Of a DNA stretch of 64,000 nucleotides, positions 45,108 to 54,612 are shown piece by piece. This DNA is from a bacterium (lineage in GTDB: Bacteria; Patescibacteriota; Minisyncoccia; Phycocordibacterales; VMGT01): contig JAUYPI010000015.1 of the NCBI GenBank assembly GCA_030697645.1, positions 15,583 to 79,582 on the forward strand. Reading direction: 5' to 3'. Numbering within the stretch: position 1 is the stretch's first letter; every line of letters starts with the position of its first letter. The position numbers were made by a program, and so were the translations under genes. Under the pieces are notes generated by a model. It did no database searches and had not been told where the DNA came from. It was given only the letters and a program-made list of their open reading frames with translations.

Positions 45108-48100
45108 ATGGTAAAAAAGGTGGCACAAAAAAAGGCAAAGAAAGCCGTACAAAAACGTGCGGGAAAAATGAAAACGGCAAAGCCGGGGAATGGCTACGGC
45201 GCCGATCAGATCCAGGTGCTCGAGGGCCTCGAGCCGGTGCGCCGCAGGCCCGGCATGTACATCGGCACGACCGGGCCCGACGGCCTGCATCATCTGGTCG
45301 TCGAGGTGTTTGACAACTCGCGCGACGAGGCGATGGCGGGCTTTGGCGGCGACATCGAGCTTGCGCTTCTCCCGGGTAACCGCGTGCGCGTTGTGGACAA
45401 CGGCCGCGGCATTCCGGTGGAACGCCATCCGCAGACCAAAGTTTCGACACTTGAAACCGTGATGACGACGCTCCATGCGGGAGGCAAGTTCGGCTCCGGC
45501 GGCTACACGGTGAGCGGCGGGCTCCATGGCGTCGGCGTCTCGGTCGTGAACGCGCTCTCGGAGCGGCTCCGCGCCGAGGTGCACCGCGACGGCAGCGCTC
45601 ACGCGCAGGAGTACCGCCGCGGCGAGCCGCTCGCGGCGGCGAAGCGCATCGGCGCGTCGGAGCGCACTGGCACTATCATTACCTTCGAGCCGGACGCAAC
45701 CGTATTTAAAGACGGCATCAGTTTTGACTGGAAGCGCATCGTGGACCACATGCGCCAACAGGCGTACCTCGTGAAAGGAATGCGTATTACGCTCCTTGAT
45801 GCGCGCGCGTATGAGGGGAAGTTCGATGACCAAAAAGTGTTCTACCTGCGTGATCTCGGGCTCGATCTCCCCTCGACGTCGTTTTACTTTGAAGGTGGCC
45901 TGCTCTCGCTCGTACGGTTTTACAATCAGTCGGAGAAGCCGGTGCACAAGAGCATTTTTTATATTGAAAAAGAAGCGCGCGCGCTCGGCGTCGAGTCTGT
46001 GGAAATTGCGTTTCAGTACGTGGACGATATCTCGTACCGCATCCTCGCGTTTGCGAATAATACGTTCAACGGCGAGGGCGGCACACATCTTACCGGCTTC
46101 AAGGGCTCGCTCACTCGCACGCTGAATAGCTACGCGCGCGCGAACAATCTTCTCAAGGAGAAAGACGAAAATTTCACCGGCGAGGACGTGCTCGAGGGGC
46201 TCACCGCGGTGATTAGCGTGAAGCTCCGCGAGATACAGTTTGAAGGGCAGACGAAGGCAAAGCTCGGCTCAGTCGAGGCGCGTACGGCGCTTGAGGGCGT
46301 GATGAACGAGGCGCTTTCGAATTTTCTTGAGGAGAATCCGGACGAAGCGCGCGCGATCATCGGCAAAGTTTCGCTTGCGATGCGGGCGCGGAAAGCCGCG
46401 AAAGCCGCAAAAGACAGCGTGCTCCGCAAAGGCGCGCTCGAGGGCATGACGCTTCCGGGCAAGCTCGCCGACTGTCAGAGCAAAAAGCGCGAGGAGACGG
46501 AACTTTTCGTGGTGGAAGGCGACAGCGCCGGAGGATGTTGGAGTGGAGATACAAAGGTGGCGTTAGCTGACGGACGACATCTTAGCTTTTTAGAGTTGGT
46601 TAAAGAGCATGAGGAAGGCAAGCAGAATTTTTGTTACACCATGCAGGAAAACGGACATATCGGTTTAGCACCAATCGAAAGTCCGAGACGGACGAAACAA
46701 AATGCCGACGTGATTAAGGTGACTCTCGACACAGGCGATGACCTTCTTTGTACCCCCGACCACCTCTTTCGACTCGTGGACGGTAGTTACATTCCTGCGT
46801 ACAACCTAACGTCAAGCCACAGTTTAGCGCCCCTGTATCGCAAAATATCAAAAAAGGGAGAAGGAACACAACTGAACGGGTACGAGATGGTTTTTGACCC
46901 TCAAGCACATAAATGGATGCCAACCCATATTCTTGCTGATATATATAATTTGAAAAAAAACGTCTATGTAACAACTGATGGTAACCACCGGCATCATTTT
47001 GATTTTAATAAGAGGAATAATAATCCGACGAACATTAAACGAGTAACGTATGAGCAGCACATGGCGTACCACCATGCCTACATAGAAAGGACGTTACATC
47101 GTCCTGATGTTAAGCAGAAATCTATTGACTCAAAACGTATCGCGGAGTTTCGTGAACGTGCGAGGGCAAAGTCGCTCGAAAAGCGCGAGCTTTTTAGTGA
47201 GAATGCAAAACGACAGTGGCAGGATGAGGACTATAAGACGTATATGGTCCAAAAATTTCTCGATTACTATTCGAGTAACGAATCGTATCGTAAGCGCAAT
47301 AACGCTCTGCTCGATAAAGCGCAGCGTGAATATTGGAGCGATAACGAAAATCGTCGTGTGCAGTCCGATCGCGTGCGTGTGTTTTTCGAAGCACATCCGG
47401 AACGGAAAGCGTGGTTGTCGCGAGAAGCGAAGCGGCAATGGGACAGCGAATCGCTGCGCGCATGGCGGGGTGAGACAACGCGCCTACAATGGACTCCGGC
47501 GTTTCGTGAAAAACGTCGGGAGGCGTACAACGAGACCTATCTACGTAAGGCGCTCGGTGTCTTGCATGAGCTCTACGCGGAAAACGGCACCATCGATTAT
47601 GCGCGCTATAACGCGCTTCGCAGAGAACGAAATGACCGGAGCATTATTCGCCACGACACAATATGCGAGCGATTTTTTGACGGCGACATGGGACGTATGG
47701 AGGAGGCAGTGGTGAATTATAACCACCGCATCGTAAGGATTGAGCGGCTTGAGGAGCCGATGGATGTTTATGATCTTGAGGTCCCCGGCACGCACAACTT
47801 CGCGCTTGCATCGGGCGTGTTCGTCCACAATAGCGCAAAAATGGCGCGGGACCGGGTAACACAGGCGATTCTGCCGCTCTTCGGCAAGGTGCTCAATGCC
47901 GAGCGCGCGCGGCTTGATAAAATTTTGGCATCGGACAAATTCCGCGCGCTTGTGATCGCGCTCGGCACGGGGATCGGCGAGGGGGTTGATCTCGAGAAGC
48001 TCCGCTACGGCCGCATCATCATCATGGCCGATGCGGACGTTGACGGGTCGCACATCAAGACGCTCTACCTTACCTTTTTTTATCGCCAGCTGCGCGACAT

Positions 48101-48575
48101 TATCGAGCGCGGGCACCTCTACATCGCCGTGCCGCCGCTCTATAAAATTACGCGAGGCAAAGAGGCGCACTACGTGTTTACCGATGACGAGAAGGCGGCG
48201 TATCTCAAAAAACTCGGCGTTGCGATTGATGACGTCTCGGAGCTTGAAGAGGAAGGGGAGGATGGAGAAGGGGATGCGGCTGCGGGCGGCGAGGCACCCG
48301 GAGGCGGAGAGCGCGAGGCAGGAGGAAGCGCGGAAGAGGGAAAACCGAAGAAAACCCCAAAGGTCTCGGTCCAGCGCTACAAGGGCCTCGGCGAGATGAG
48401 CGCGGACGAGCTCTGGGAGACCACGATGGACCCGGCGAGCCGCCTGCTTCACCATGTGATGATCGAGGATGCCGCCGAGGCGGACAAAGTCTTTGACATC
48501 CTCATGGGCACCGATGTTCCGGCGCGCAAAAGTTTTATCCAGAGCAACGCGAAATTGGCGAATCTTGATATATAG
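45108..48575 (+). CDS. gyrB: DNA gyrase subunit B, interrupted by an intein
   Basis: GHKL ATPase N-terminus, then LFVVEGDSAGG | intein | SAKMARDRVTQAILPLFGKVLN, and the Toprim and C-terminal domains (IIIMADADVDGSHI...YKGLGEMS). Has a Lys-rich N-terminal extension. Confidence 0.9.
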   Translation: MVKKVAQKKAKKAVQKRAGKMKTAKPGNGYGADQIQVLEGLEPVRRRPGMYIGTTGPDGLHHLVVEVFDNSRDEAMAGFGGDIELALLPGNRVRVVDNGRGIPVERHPQTKVSTLETVMTTLHAGGKFGSGGYTVSGGLHGVGVSVVNALSERLRAEVHRDGSAHAQEYRRGEPLAAAKRIGASERTGTIITFEPDATVFKDGISFDWKRIVDHMRQQAYLVKGMRITLLDARAYEGKFDDQKVFYLRDLGLDLPSTSFYFEGGLLSLVRFYNQSEKPVHKSIFYIEKEARALGVESVEIAFQYVDDISYRILAFANNTFNGEGGTHLTGFKGSLTRTLNSYARANNLLKEKDENFTGEDVLEGLTAVISVKLREIQFEGQTKAKLGSVEARTALEGVMNEALSNFLEENPDEARAIIGKVSLAMRARKAAKAAKDSVLRKGALEGMTLPGKLADCQSKKREETELFVVEGDSAGGCWSGDTKVALADGRHLSFLELVKEHEEGKQNFCYTMQENGHIGLAPIESPRRTKQNADVIKVTLDTGDDLLCTPDHLFRLVDGSYIPAYNLTSSHSLAPLYRKISKKGEGTQLNGYEMVFDPQAHKWMPTHILADIYNLKKNVYVTTDGNHRHHFDFNKRNNNPTNIKRVTYEQHMAYHHAYIERTLHRPDVKQKSIDSKRIAEFRERARAKSLEKRELFSENAKRQWQDEDYKTYMVQKFLDYYSSNESYRKRNNALLDKAQREYWSDNENRRVQSDRVRVFFEAHPERKAWLSREAKRQWDSESLRAWRGETTRLQWTPAFREKRREAYNETYLRKALGVLHELYAENGTIDYARYNALRRERNDRSIIRHDTICERFFDGDMGRMEEAVVNYNHRIVRIERLEEPMDVYDLEVPGTHNFALASGVFVHNSAKMARDRVTQAILPLFGKVLNAERARLDKILASDKFRALVIALGTGIGEGVDLEKLRYGRIIIMADADVDGSHIKTLYLTFFYRQLRDIIERGHLYIAVPPLYKITRGKEAHYVFTDDEKAAYLKKLGVAIDDVSELEEEGEDGEGDAAAGGEAPGGGEREAGGSAEEGKPKKTPKVSVQRYKGLGEMSADELWETTMDPASRLLHHVMIEDAAEADKVFDILMGTDVPARKSFIQSNAKLANLDI
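46536..47831 (+). mobile_element. Intein in GyrB (432 aa) with no recognisable LAGLIDADG/HNH block
   Basis: Starts C-W-S-G-D-T-K-V (block A) and ends VFVHN followed by extein Ser. The middle carries KRQW/REYW-type tandem repeats. Its first ~550 nt are markedly more AT-rich than the flanking gyrB. Confidence 0.8.
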
Positions 48576-48656
48576 CGTACGCAACGGCGAACTACCAACT
48601 TATAACCACAAGCGAGGAAAAAGCGAAAAAGTTTTCATTTTTTCCGAGCGCCGTGG

Positions 48657-48710
48657 TTATATACCCGAAAACATTTTCGCAAACCTATTGCTTTCGGGTA
48701 TATAATTTTT
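48657..48710 (+). terminator. Intrinsic terminator after gyrB
   Basis: tatatacccgaaa...tttcgggtatata stem followed by attttt. Confidence 0.5.
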
Positions 48711-48795
48711 GGTTAGTGGAATTCGTGAGTCGGGCGTGTTCGTCATCCTCTGTCGCATAGCCACGAAATCCGAACATTAAGCGGACTTTTTTCGG

Positions 48796-48829
48796 AAAAA
48801 AACGAGCCCGTGATTTCCATCACGGGCTC
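48796..48829 (-). terminator. Intrinsic terminator for the minus-strand gene 48880..49518
   Basis: On the minus strand, gagcccgtgat-ggaa-atcacgggctc followed by gtttttttcc. Confidence 0.55.
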
Positions 48830-48879
48830 TATGGTCGGGTCGGGCTTCAGGATTGTGAAATTACGAGTGGGACTAACTA

Positions 48880-49518
48880 TTAGTATTTGATTTTCACCAT
48901 GTCCCCGTAGTCAATGTCGGCGATGTCGGCATACTCAGCGGAGTTTGGGGCGAGGTTTACACCACCCTGCACCACGCTTCCATTTGCCGTCGCCGGAGCA
49001 AATGCGCCTTTGAAGTTTGACTTGACGCTAAATCCCGGCGCCCGGTAGAACGACCGGCTTCCGGTGCGGCTCGCGGAGTCTGTCGCGCTCCAGTCGAGTG
49101 TTATCTCGACCTCGACAGGCGTGTCACTCACATAGTCGTACGCGTTGACCGTCGTTTTGACGCGGGCGCTTGCCAATTTTTTGCCAACCACGAAATCGTC
49201 TGCTGCGATCTCCTGGTACCCGAATATCGACGACAGGTAGATCCACTCGCAGTAGTCGAGGCTGTCGACAAATACAAACACGCTCGACGTTGCCGTTCGC
49301 GGCTCGGGCTTGATGCGCACGACCTGGTCGCTCGCATACACGCCGACATAGGTAACGACACATCCAGTCTCGTCCGTACTTGAAAAGAACGCGGATGCCG
49401 TTTCTCCCCTGACAGAGAATTGCTGGACGTCCGTTTCGGCGCTCGCCTTGGTGGTAAAAGAACCAAAGAGGCACGCCATAACCACAACCGCCGCCAACCA
49501 CTTTACTCTCTGCATCAT
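48880..49518 (-). CDS. Hypothetical secreted protein
   Basis: Signal peptide MMQRVKWLAAVVVMACLFGSFTTKASA and a beta-rich mature region. No recognisable family. Confidence 0.4.
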   Translation of the reverse strand: MMQRVKWLAAVVVMACLFGSFTTKASAETDVQQFSVRGETASAFFSSTDETGCVVTYVGVYASDQVVRIKPEPRTATSSVFVFVDSLDYCEWIYLSSIFGYQEIAADDFVVGKKLASARVKTTVNAYDYVSDTPVEVEITLDWSATDSASRTGSRSFYRAPGFSVKSNFKGAFAPATANGSVVQGGVNLAPNSAEYADIADIDYGDMVKIKY

Positions 49519-49786
49519 TCTGAGTCTCCTTTGGCCACATGACCACAGTGTTTGTTTGTGTACATCGAGACGAGAATCCTGAATCCTGAAGCCGACCGAT
49601 TATGTCTAGCACGGTCTATATGATTTGTCAATGAATTTGGCTACTGCCGAATACTTGGCTCCACGAGCCCCAAAGAACCCGCAACAAGCGCGAAAGTATA
49701 CGAGCGTGCTTACTGCTTATTGCATACTCCTCAGCACTGTTGCCCGGCCTTGGCTGGTTTGATACACTGCGAGTGAAAAGCGCACC

Positions 49787-50377
49787 ATGCCACCTCGCAC
49801 CATTCTCTTCTACGGCAGGTCCGGCTGCGGCAAGGGCACGCAGGCGGGGCTTCTTGCCGAGCGACTTGGAGAGAGCGGAGGCGCGGTGCTTATGGTTGAG
49901 ACCGGCAAGCTCTTTCGGGAGTTCATGGAGCGAAAGAACTTCACGAGCTCGCTCACGAAAGCACTTCTTGCCAAGGGCGGGCTTTTGCCGGAGTTTCTGC
50001 CGGTCTGGATCTGGACGCAAATAATAATTGATCGCTTCAGCGGCGCAGAGCATCTCGTGCTCGACGGGCTTGCGCGGCGGAGCGCGGAGTCCGAGGTGCT
50101 CGATGGCGCGCTCCGATTTTACGAGCGCCTGCCGGCCGACATCGTGATGATCAATGTCTCGCGCGAGTGGTCATTCACGCGGCTCAAGGGCCGTGGTCGT
50201 TACGACGATACGGACGCCGACATCAACCGCCGGCTCGATTGGTACGAGGAGATCGTGGTCCCCGCAGTCGCTTTTTTCCGCAACAAGCCGGGGTATCGTT
50301 TTCACGAGATCAACGGCGAGCAGGCGATCGAGGCGGTCGAGAGAGAGATCACGGAAGCCCTCGCACTTGGCGCGTAA
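49787..50377 (+). CDS. adk: Adenylate kinase
   Basis: P-loop GRSGCGKGTQA (Adk consensus G.PG.GKGTQ) and a C-terminal LID/NMP-bind arrangement. Confidence 0.75.
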   Translation: MPPRTILFYGRSGCGKGTQAGLLAERLGESGGAVLMVETGKLFREFMERKNFTSSLTKALLAKGGLLPEFLPVWIWTQIIIDRFSGAEHLVLDGLARRSAESEVLDGALRFYERLPADIVMINVSREWSFTRLKGRGRYDDTDADINRRLDWYEEIVVPAVAFFRNKPGYRFHEINGEQAIEAVEREITEALALGA

Positions 50378-50380
50378 CGT

Positions 50381-50953
50381 ATGTTCATCGTCGGTATTAC
50401 CGGAACGCTCGGCGCGGGGAAGGGCACGGTGGTTGATTACCTCGTGCGGGAGAAGGGGTTCGTCCACGCATCTGTTTCTGAATTTCTTGCGGTGGAGACA
50501 AAGCGTCGCGGCATCGAGCCGGACAGGATTGCCCGACACAACCTCGCAAACGAATATCGAGCACAAGGGCCGACGGTGCTCATGGAGGCCGTGTATCAAT
50601 CGGTTCCTCAGGGAGTCGAGAGGGTCGTACTCGAGCCGCAACACACCGTCTCCGAGGTGCGGTTTATGCAGAGCCGAGGAGGCGTGGTGTTCGCAGTTGA
50701 TGCGGACCTCGAGACTCGCTATAACCGCATACGAGAGCGTGGGAGTCTTAAAGATAACGTATCATTTGATGAGTTTGCTGCGATTCAGAAGCTCGAAATG
50801 GCTTCGGATGATCCGAACAAGAACAATCTTGGCGCGGCTATCGAGGCAGCTGATTTTCATGTTACAAACGACGGGACGCTGGAGGAGCTCTATACGCAGA
50901 TCGAGCAGGTACTGGCAAAAATTCATTTCTCCAAACACGACGTGCGTGTTTGA
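50381..50953 (+). CDS. P-loop nucleotide or nucleoside kinase (dephospho-CoA kinase / dNK-like)
   Basis: Walker A GITGTLGAGKGTV and a size (190 aa) typical of small NMP/dNMP kinases. Exact specificity is not determinable from sequence. Confidence 0.4.
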   Translation: MFIVGITGTLGAGKGTVVDYLVREKGFVHASVSEFLAVETKRRGIEPDRIARHNLANEYRAQGPTVLMEAVYQSVPQGVERVVLEPQHTVSEVRFMQSRGGVVFAVDADLETRYNRIRERGSLKDNVSFDEFAAIQKLEMASDDPNKNNLGAAIEAADFHVTNDGTLEELYTQIEQVLAKIHFSKHDVRV

Positions 50954-51010
50954 GGTTTGATGCATTGGAATTTGAAATTTGTTTGGAAATTGTTGGTTGG
51001 AAATTGGAGC
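50954..51010. repeat. Half hairpin-array (TTGGAAAT units) after the kinase gene
   Basis: gtttgaggtttgatgcattggaatttgaaatttgtttggaaattgttggttggaaattggag. The core gacgtgcgtgtttgagg overlaps the CDS end. Confidence 0.6.
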
Positions 51011-51078
51011 TTCGTCGTGGTGTGACGTCGGATGTCAACGTCGGCGATTTCGATTATTCAAAGTAACCAAATACGGCG

Positions 51079-51783
51079 ATGCTAGATACTTCACCGAATG
51101 AGTTGCGAATAATTTCCCTCGGCGGCTCGCTCGTCGTGCCGCAGGGTGTTGGCATTGATTTGGGGTTTCTCCACGAGTTCAAACGCTCCCTCGAGCGCGC
51201 GATTGCCCGAGGGCAGCGGTTTGCGGTGGTCGTCGGCGGTGGGAGCGTTGCGCGCGAGTACCAGAGCGCGGCGCGCGAGCTCTCCGAACTCTCGGACGAG
51301 GACGCCGATTGGCTCGGCATTCACGCAACGCGGCTCAACGCCCACCTTCTGCGTACGATTTTTAAGGACGTGGCGCACCCGAGAGTGTTTTCTTCCGAGG
51401 GTGATATTGTCGCGGTTGCGGAGCCGCTTACGATCGGTGCCGGGTGGCGGCCCGGGTGGAGCACGGACTACGTTGCGGTCGCGATTGCAGCGAAACTTGG
51501 CGCTCGGCGCATCGCAAATCTCTCGAACACCGACTATGTGTATGAGCGCGATCCGCGCGAGGACCCGACAGCAAAAAAACTTGCGCGTATCTCATGGCAC
51601 GAGTACCGGCTTCTCATCCCGCGCGAGTGGCGCCCCGGTCTCAACACGCCATTCGACCCCGTGGCCTCGGCGAAAGCGGAGGAGCTCGGAGTTGAAGTGG
51701 CGATCATGAACGGAAAGAAACTTGAGAATTTTGAGCGGTATCTTGTGGGGGAGAAGTTCGAAGGCACCGTTATTGCGCAGTGA
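51079..51783 (+). CDS. pyrH: Uridylate kinase (amino-acid-kinase family, archaeal-type PyrH)
   Basis: ISLGGSLVV...VVVGGGSVAR...IANLSNTDYVYERDP pattern of UMP kinases. 234 aa. Confidence 0.7.
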   Translation: MLDTSPNELRIISLGGSLVVPQGVGIDLGFLHEFKRSLERAIARGQRFAVVVGGGSVAREYQSAARELSELSDEDADWLGIHATRLNAHLLRTIFKDVAHPRVFSSEGDIVAVAEPLTIGAGWRPGWSTDYVAVAIAAKLGARRIANLSNTDYVYERDPREDPTAKKLARISWHEYRLLIPREWRPGLNTPFDPVASAKAEELGVEVAIMNGKKLENFERYLVGEKFEGTVIAQ

Positions 51784-51795
51784 CCAGGAGCCTTG

Positions 51796-51917
51796 AAACG
51801 TCAACGTCCAAAAAAGCCTGCAAAGTCAAAAGTCAAAACGCAAAAGTCAAAGCCACAGCCTAAAAGTCAAAAGTTTTAAGGTTTTGAGTTGTGGTTTTGA
51901 CTTTTGATTTTTGAGCT
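51796..51917. repeat. Hairpin-array element (arm AAAGTCAAA / TTTGACTTT variant)
   Basis: ctgcaaagtcaaaagtcaaaacgcaaaagtcaaagcc ... gttttgagttgtggttttgacttttgatttttgagctttgacttt. Ends at the map ATG (51918). Confidence 0.7.
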
Positions 51918-52697
51918 TTGACTTTCATGTCTCTCATCAAAACTCCAGAGGAAATCGCCCTCATGCGCGCTGCTGGTAAGCGGCTTGCATTCGTGTTGCA
52001 CGAGGTCACTACTGCAGCGCTGCCGGGGGTTTCCGCGCGCGAGCTCGACTCCTCTGCGGAGCGTCTGATCCGCGCAGGCGGCGATCGGCCTGCATTTCTC
52101 GACTATACACCCGGCGGTGCGCGACGGCCGTACCCGGCGACGCTTTGTGTTTCCGTGAACGACGAAGTCGTGCACGGCATTCCGAACGAGCGCGAGAAAA
52201 TACTCCGCGAGGGCGACATCGTCGGTTTCGATCTCGGGCTTGAACACGGGGGATTTTTCGCCGACATGGCGGTGACGATCGGCGTCGGCGGGATTGACGA
52301 GCCGGGCCGACGGCTCATCGAGGCGACGCGTGGCGCGCTTGATGCGGGGATCGCCGTAGCGCGCGCAGGCAGCCACATTGGCGACATAGGTTTCGCTGTC
52401 GCGCGGTTCGTGCGTAAAGGTGGTTTTGGCCTCGTGACGGAGCTCGGTGGACACTCGATCGGCCGCTCTCTCCACGAACTCCCGTTCGTGCCAAACAGTG
52501 CGACGCGCGGCTCAGGCGCTCTACTTGCGAGCGGCATGACGATCTGTATTGAGCCGATGCTCTGTGAGGGAAGTGGCGCAGTACGGCTTGATTCGGACGG
52601 CTACACCTTCCGTACCCGAGACGGCCGCCGCAGCGCGCACTTTGAGCACACGATATTGATCACTGATGGAGGGGCGGAGATACTCACAGCGCCGTGA
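51918..52697 (+). CDS. map: Methionine aminopeptidase type I
   Basis: MSLIKTPEEIALMRAAGK start and metal-ligand blocks (VVHGIPN, DIVGFD, GHSIGRSLHE, FTIEP, HFEHT). Confidence 0.85.
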   Translation: MTFMSLIKTPEEIALMRAAGKRLAFVLHEVTTAALPGVSARELDSSAERLIRAGGDRPAFLDYTPGGARRPYPATLCVSVNDEVVHGIPNEREKILREGDIVGFDLGLEHGGFFADMAVTIGVGGIDEPGRRLIEATRGALDAGIAVARAGSHIGDIGFAVARFVRKGGFGLVTELGGHSIGRSLHELPFVPNSATRGSGALLASGMTICIEPMLCEGSGAVRLDSDGYTFRTRDGRRSAHFEHTILITDGGAEILTAP

Positions 52698-52715
52698 AAG
52701 TATCATGCGCATTGA

Positions 52716-52857
52716 GATGCGATGCGCTTAATTTTCAATTTTCAATTCCAATGAATTTTCAATGTTTCAATGATGCAATGACGGACGACGTCGTGTTTGA
52801 AAATTGGGTAATTGAAAATTGATTGAAAATTGAGCATTGAAAATTTTTCCTTGAGTC
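52716..52857. repeat. Hairpin-array element (AATTTTCAAT family, core in reverse orientation)
   Basis: ttaattttcaattttcaattccaatgaattttcaatg...gcaatgacggacgacgtcgtgtttg...aaaattgggtaattgaaaattgattgaaaattgagcattgaaaatt. Confidence 0.75.
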
Positions 52858-52872
52858 TTGTATACTATACTC

Positions 52873-54285
52873 ATGGCCGAGCAGGACACAGTGAGCCCCG
52901 GTGCTGACATCTTTGAACGCGACGGCGTCGAGTACCGCCGCGTCCGAGGTTCGGAGAACGTGTACGAGTACAACCGTCTTACCGATGCGTCGGCGATTCG
53001 TTTTGAGGGCGGCGGCATCGCCGACGGCTACGTGATGCTCCACGCCGACGGCACCCCGGCGGCTCCGGCGATCTCCTACGTGGTGCTTGATCAGTACATC
53101 AAACGTGATGAACCGTTTCTCGGCGAGCTTGCGCGGACACCCCTCACCGCGCGCGACTTTTCGTATTACAGCGCCGCAGAGCAGGCACTGCGCGCGCTTG
53201 AGCGCGTCTCGATTACCTCTGACGGCAGGAGCGTCACGGTGATCTCAGGAGGGAGACAAGCGCGGATTGATCTCGTCCCGCCGTATCTGGTCGTGGACCG
53301 ATCGTATCGCGAGTTTTTTTCGTTCGTTGACATACGCGCAGGCATGCGGCTTTTCACGGATGTGGAGCTTAAAGTTGATTTCAAAAATCGCAACGTGGTG
53401 CTCGTTGACCGCCGCGGGAGCGGGACGATTCTCGCCGAGCTGCCGTATGCGCGCATACAAGATCTGAGGAGCGGCGAGATGATCGAGCCGGAAGAAAAAA
53501 CGCAAGAGGAAGCACTGGAGCGCGCTTCGTCTCCCGACGGGCGCGCCGCGCCAAAAACTCCTGCGAGCCCGCAAGCTGCGCCTGAGACACTGAGCGCGAG
53601 CGCAGTCATTCGGGGCAATACGGACCAGCCCTCGCCCCCTGCGGAGGGTGTCGCTCGCAGAGCTTCCACCGCAGGTGCTGTCCCTTCCGGGGAAAGCGTA
53701 ACCCCTGATAAGACGGAAACAGAGGAGAAGAGCGCGCAGAAGGAGAAGAGTGCGCCGCAGCGGTCGTCATTTTTGCGCCTCATTACTCCACAGGGCTCTG
53801 AGGCGAGCCCGACGCGCTCCACGGCGCCTTCGGCGAAAGATGCAGAACCGACTCTTCCCGCTCCGCCGCGCGAAGGCTTCCCGCGCCTCATCTCCGAGAC
53901 GCGGCGAGAGGCGGGTACGGAGCGGATTTACGAGCTCCCGCAGAGCAAGGTACGCCTCGCGCTCTCCTACCAGAGAGACGGTTCTATCGTTGTGGTGAGT
54001 GTACAACCAGGCATGTCGCTCTACCCGGGGAGTGCAGTCGTCTCCGACTGGGAGCAGCGCATCCTCCGCGCGCGCGAGCGCTGGAAGAAATTTCGCCACG
54101 ATGACGCGGAACAGGATATTGCCGCGGCAAAGCGCGTCGTCGTCGCCCGCGCGCGTGAGCTTCTTGCCTACGCCGCCGCAGTAGCGGCATTTGCCCCGGG
54201 GTCAAGCGAGGCCCGGGCGCTTGAGGAAGCGCGATTGAAGCTCAGGGCGGATACGGAAGCGAGGTACGGAAAGGTGTTTAAATGA
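52873..54285 (+). CDS. Hypothetical protein with low-complexity Pro/Ser/Ala middle region
   Basis: 470-aa ORF with structured N- and C-terminal portions around a disordered linker. Start taken at ATG 52873. Confidence 0.35.
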   Translation: MAEQDTVSPGADIFERDGVEYRRVRGSENVYEYNRLTDASAIRFEGGGIADGYVMLHADGTPAAPAISYVVLDQYIKRDEPFLGELARTPLTARDFSYYSAAEQALRALERVSITSDGRSVTVISGGRQARIDLVPPYLVVDRSYREFFSFVDIRAGMRLFTDVELKVDFKNRNVVLVDRRGSGTILAELPYARIQDLRSGEMIEPEEKTQEEALERASSPDGRAAPKTPASPQAAPETLSASAVIRGNTDQPSPPAEGVARRASTAGAVPSGESVTPDKTETEEKSAQKEKSAPQRSSFLRLITPQGSEASPTRSTAPSAKDAEPTLPAPPREGFPRLISETRREAGTERIYELPQSKVRLALSYQRDGSIVVVSVQPGMSLYPGSAVVSDWEQRILRARERWKKFRHDDAEQDIAAAKRVVVARARELLAYAAAVAAFAPGSSEARALEEARLKLRADTEARYGKVFK

Positions 54286-54520
54286 AACTGAGTGCAAAAT
54301 GTAAAGTGCAAAGCGCAAAACAACAGTACAAAATTCCAAGCTCCAACCAACAATTTCCAAACAAATTTCAAATTCCAATGCATCAAATCTCAAACACGCA
54401 CGTCGTGTTTGGAAATTGGATTTTGAGTATTGTGATTTATTTGGAGCTTGTTTTTTGGAATTTGGAAATTCGTTTTGCTCATTGCGCTGTTGTTTTTCGC
54501 TTTGCGAGTGCGAGCGGAAC
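54286..54520. repeat. Composite hairpin-array element (outer CAAAGCGAAAAACAACAG, inner ATTTCCAA, core CAAACACGCACGTCGTGTTTGG)
   Basis: Same three-layer nesting as 8740..8927 and 30975..31191. Confidence 0.75.
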
Positions 54521-54612
54521 TATCCGAGGTTTGCGTAGGCAAATGTATACTAGTACCTTGTCCCCACCTCCCTATTTTTAGTCAATCGATGAGCAGCGTA
54601 TAATACTTACTA

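Noticed and set aside
46536-47831. Reading the GyrB insert as a frameshift or pseudogene of gyrB
   Set aside because: The frame is continuous across the insert, and both splice junctions carry canonical intein residues (Cys1, terminal HN, +1 Ser). Intein is therefore the better explanation.
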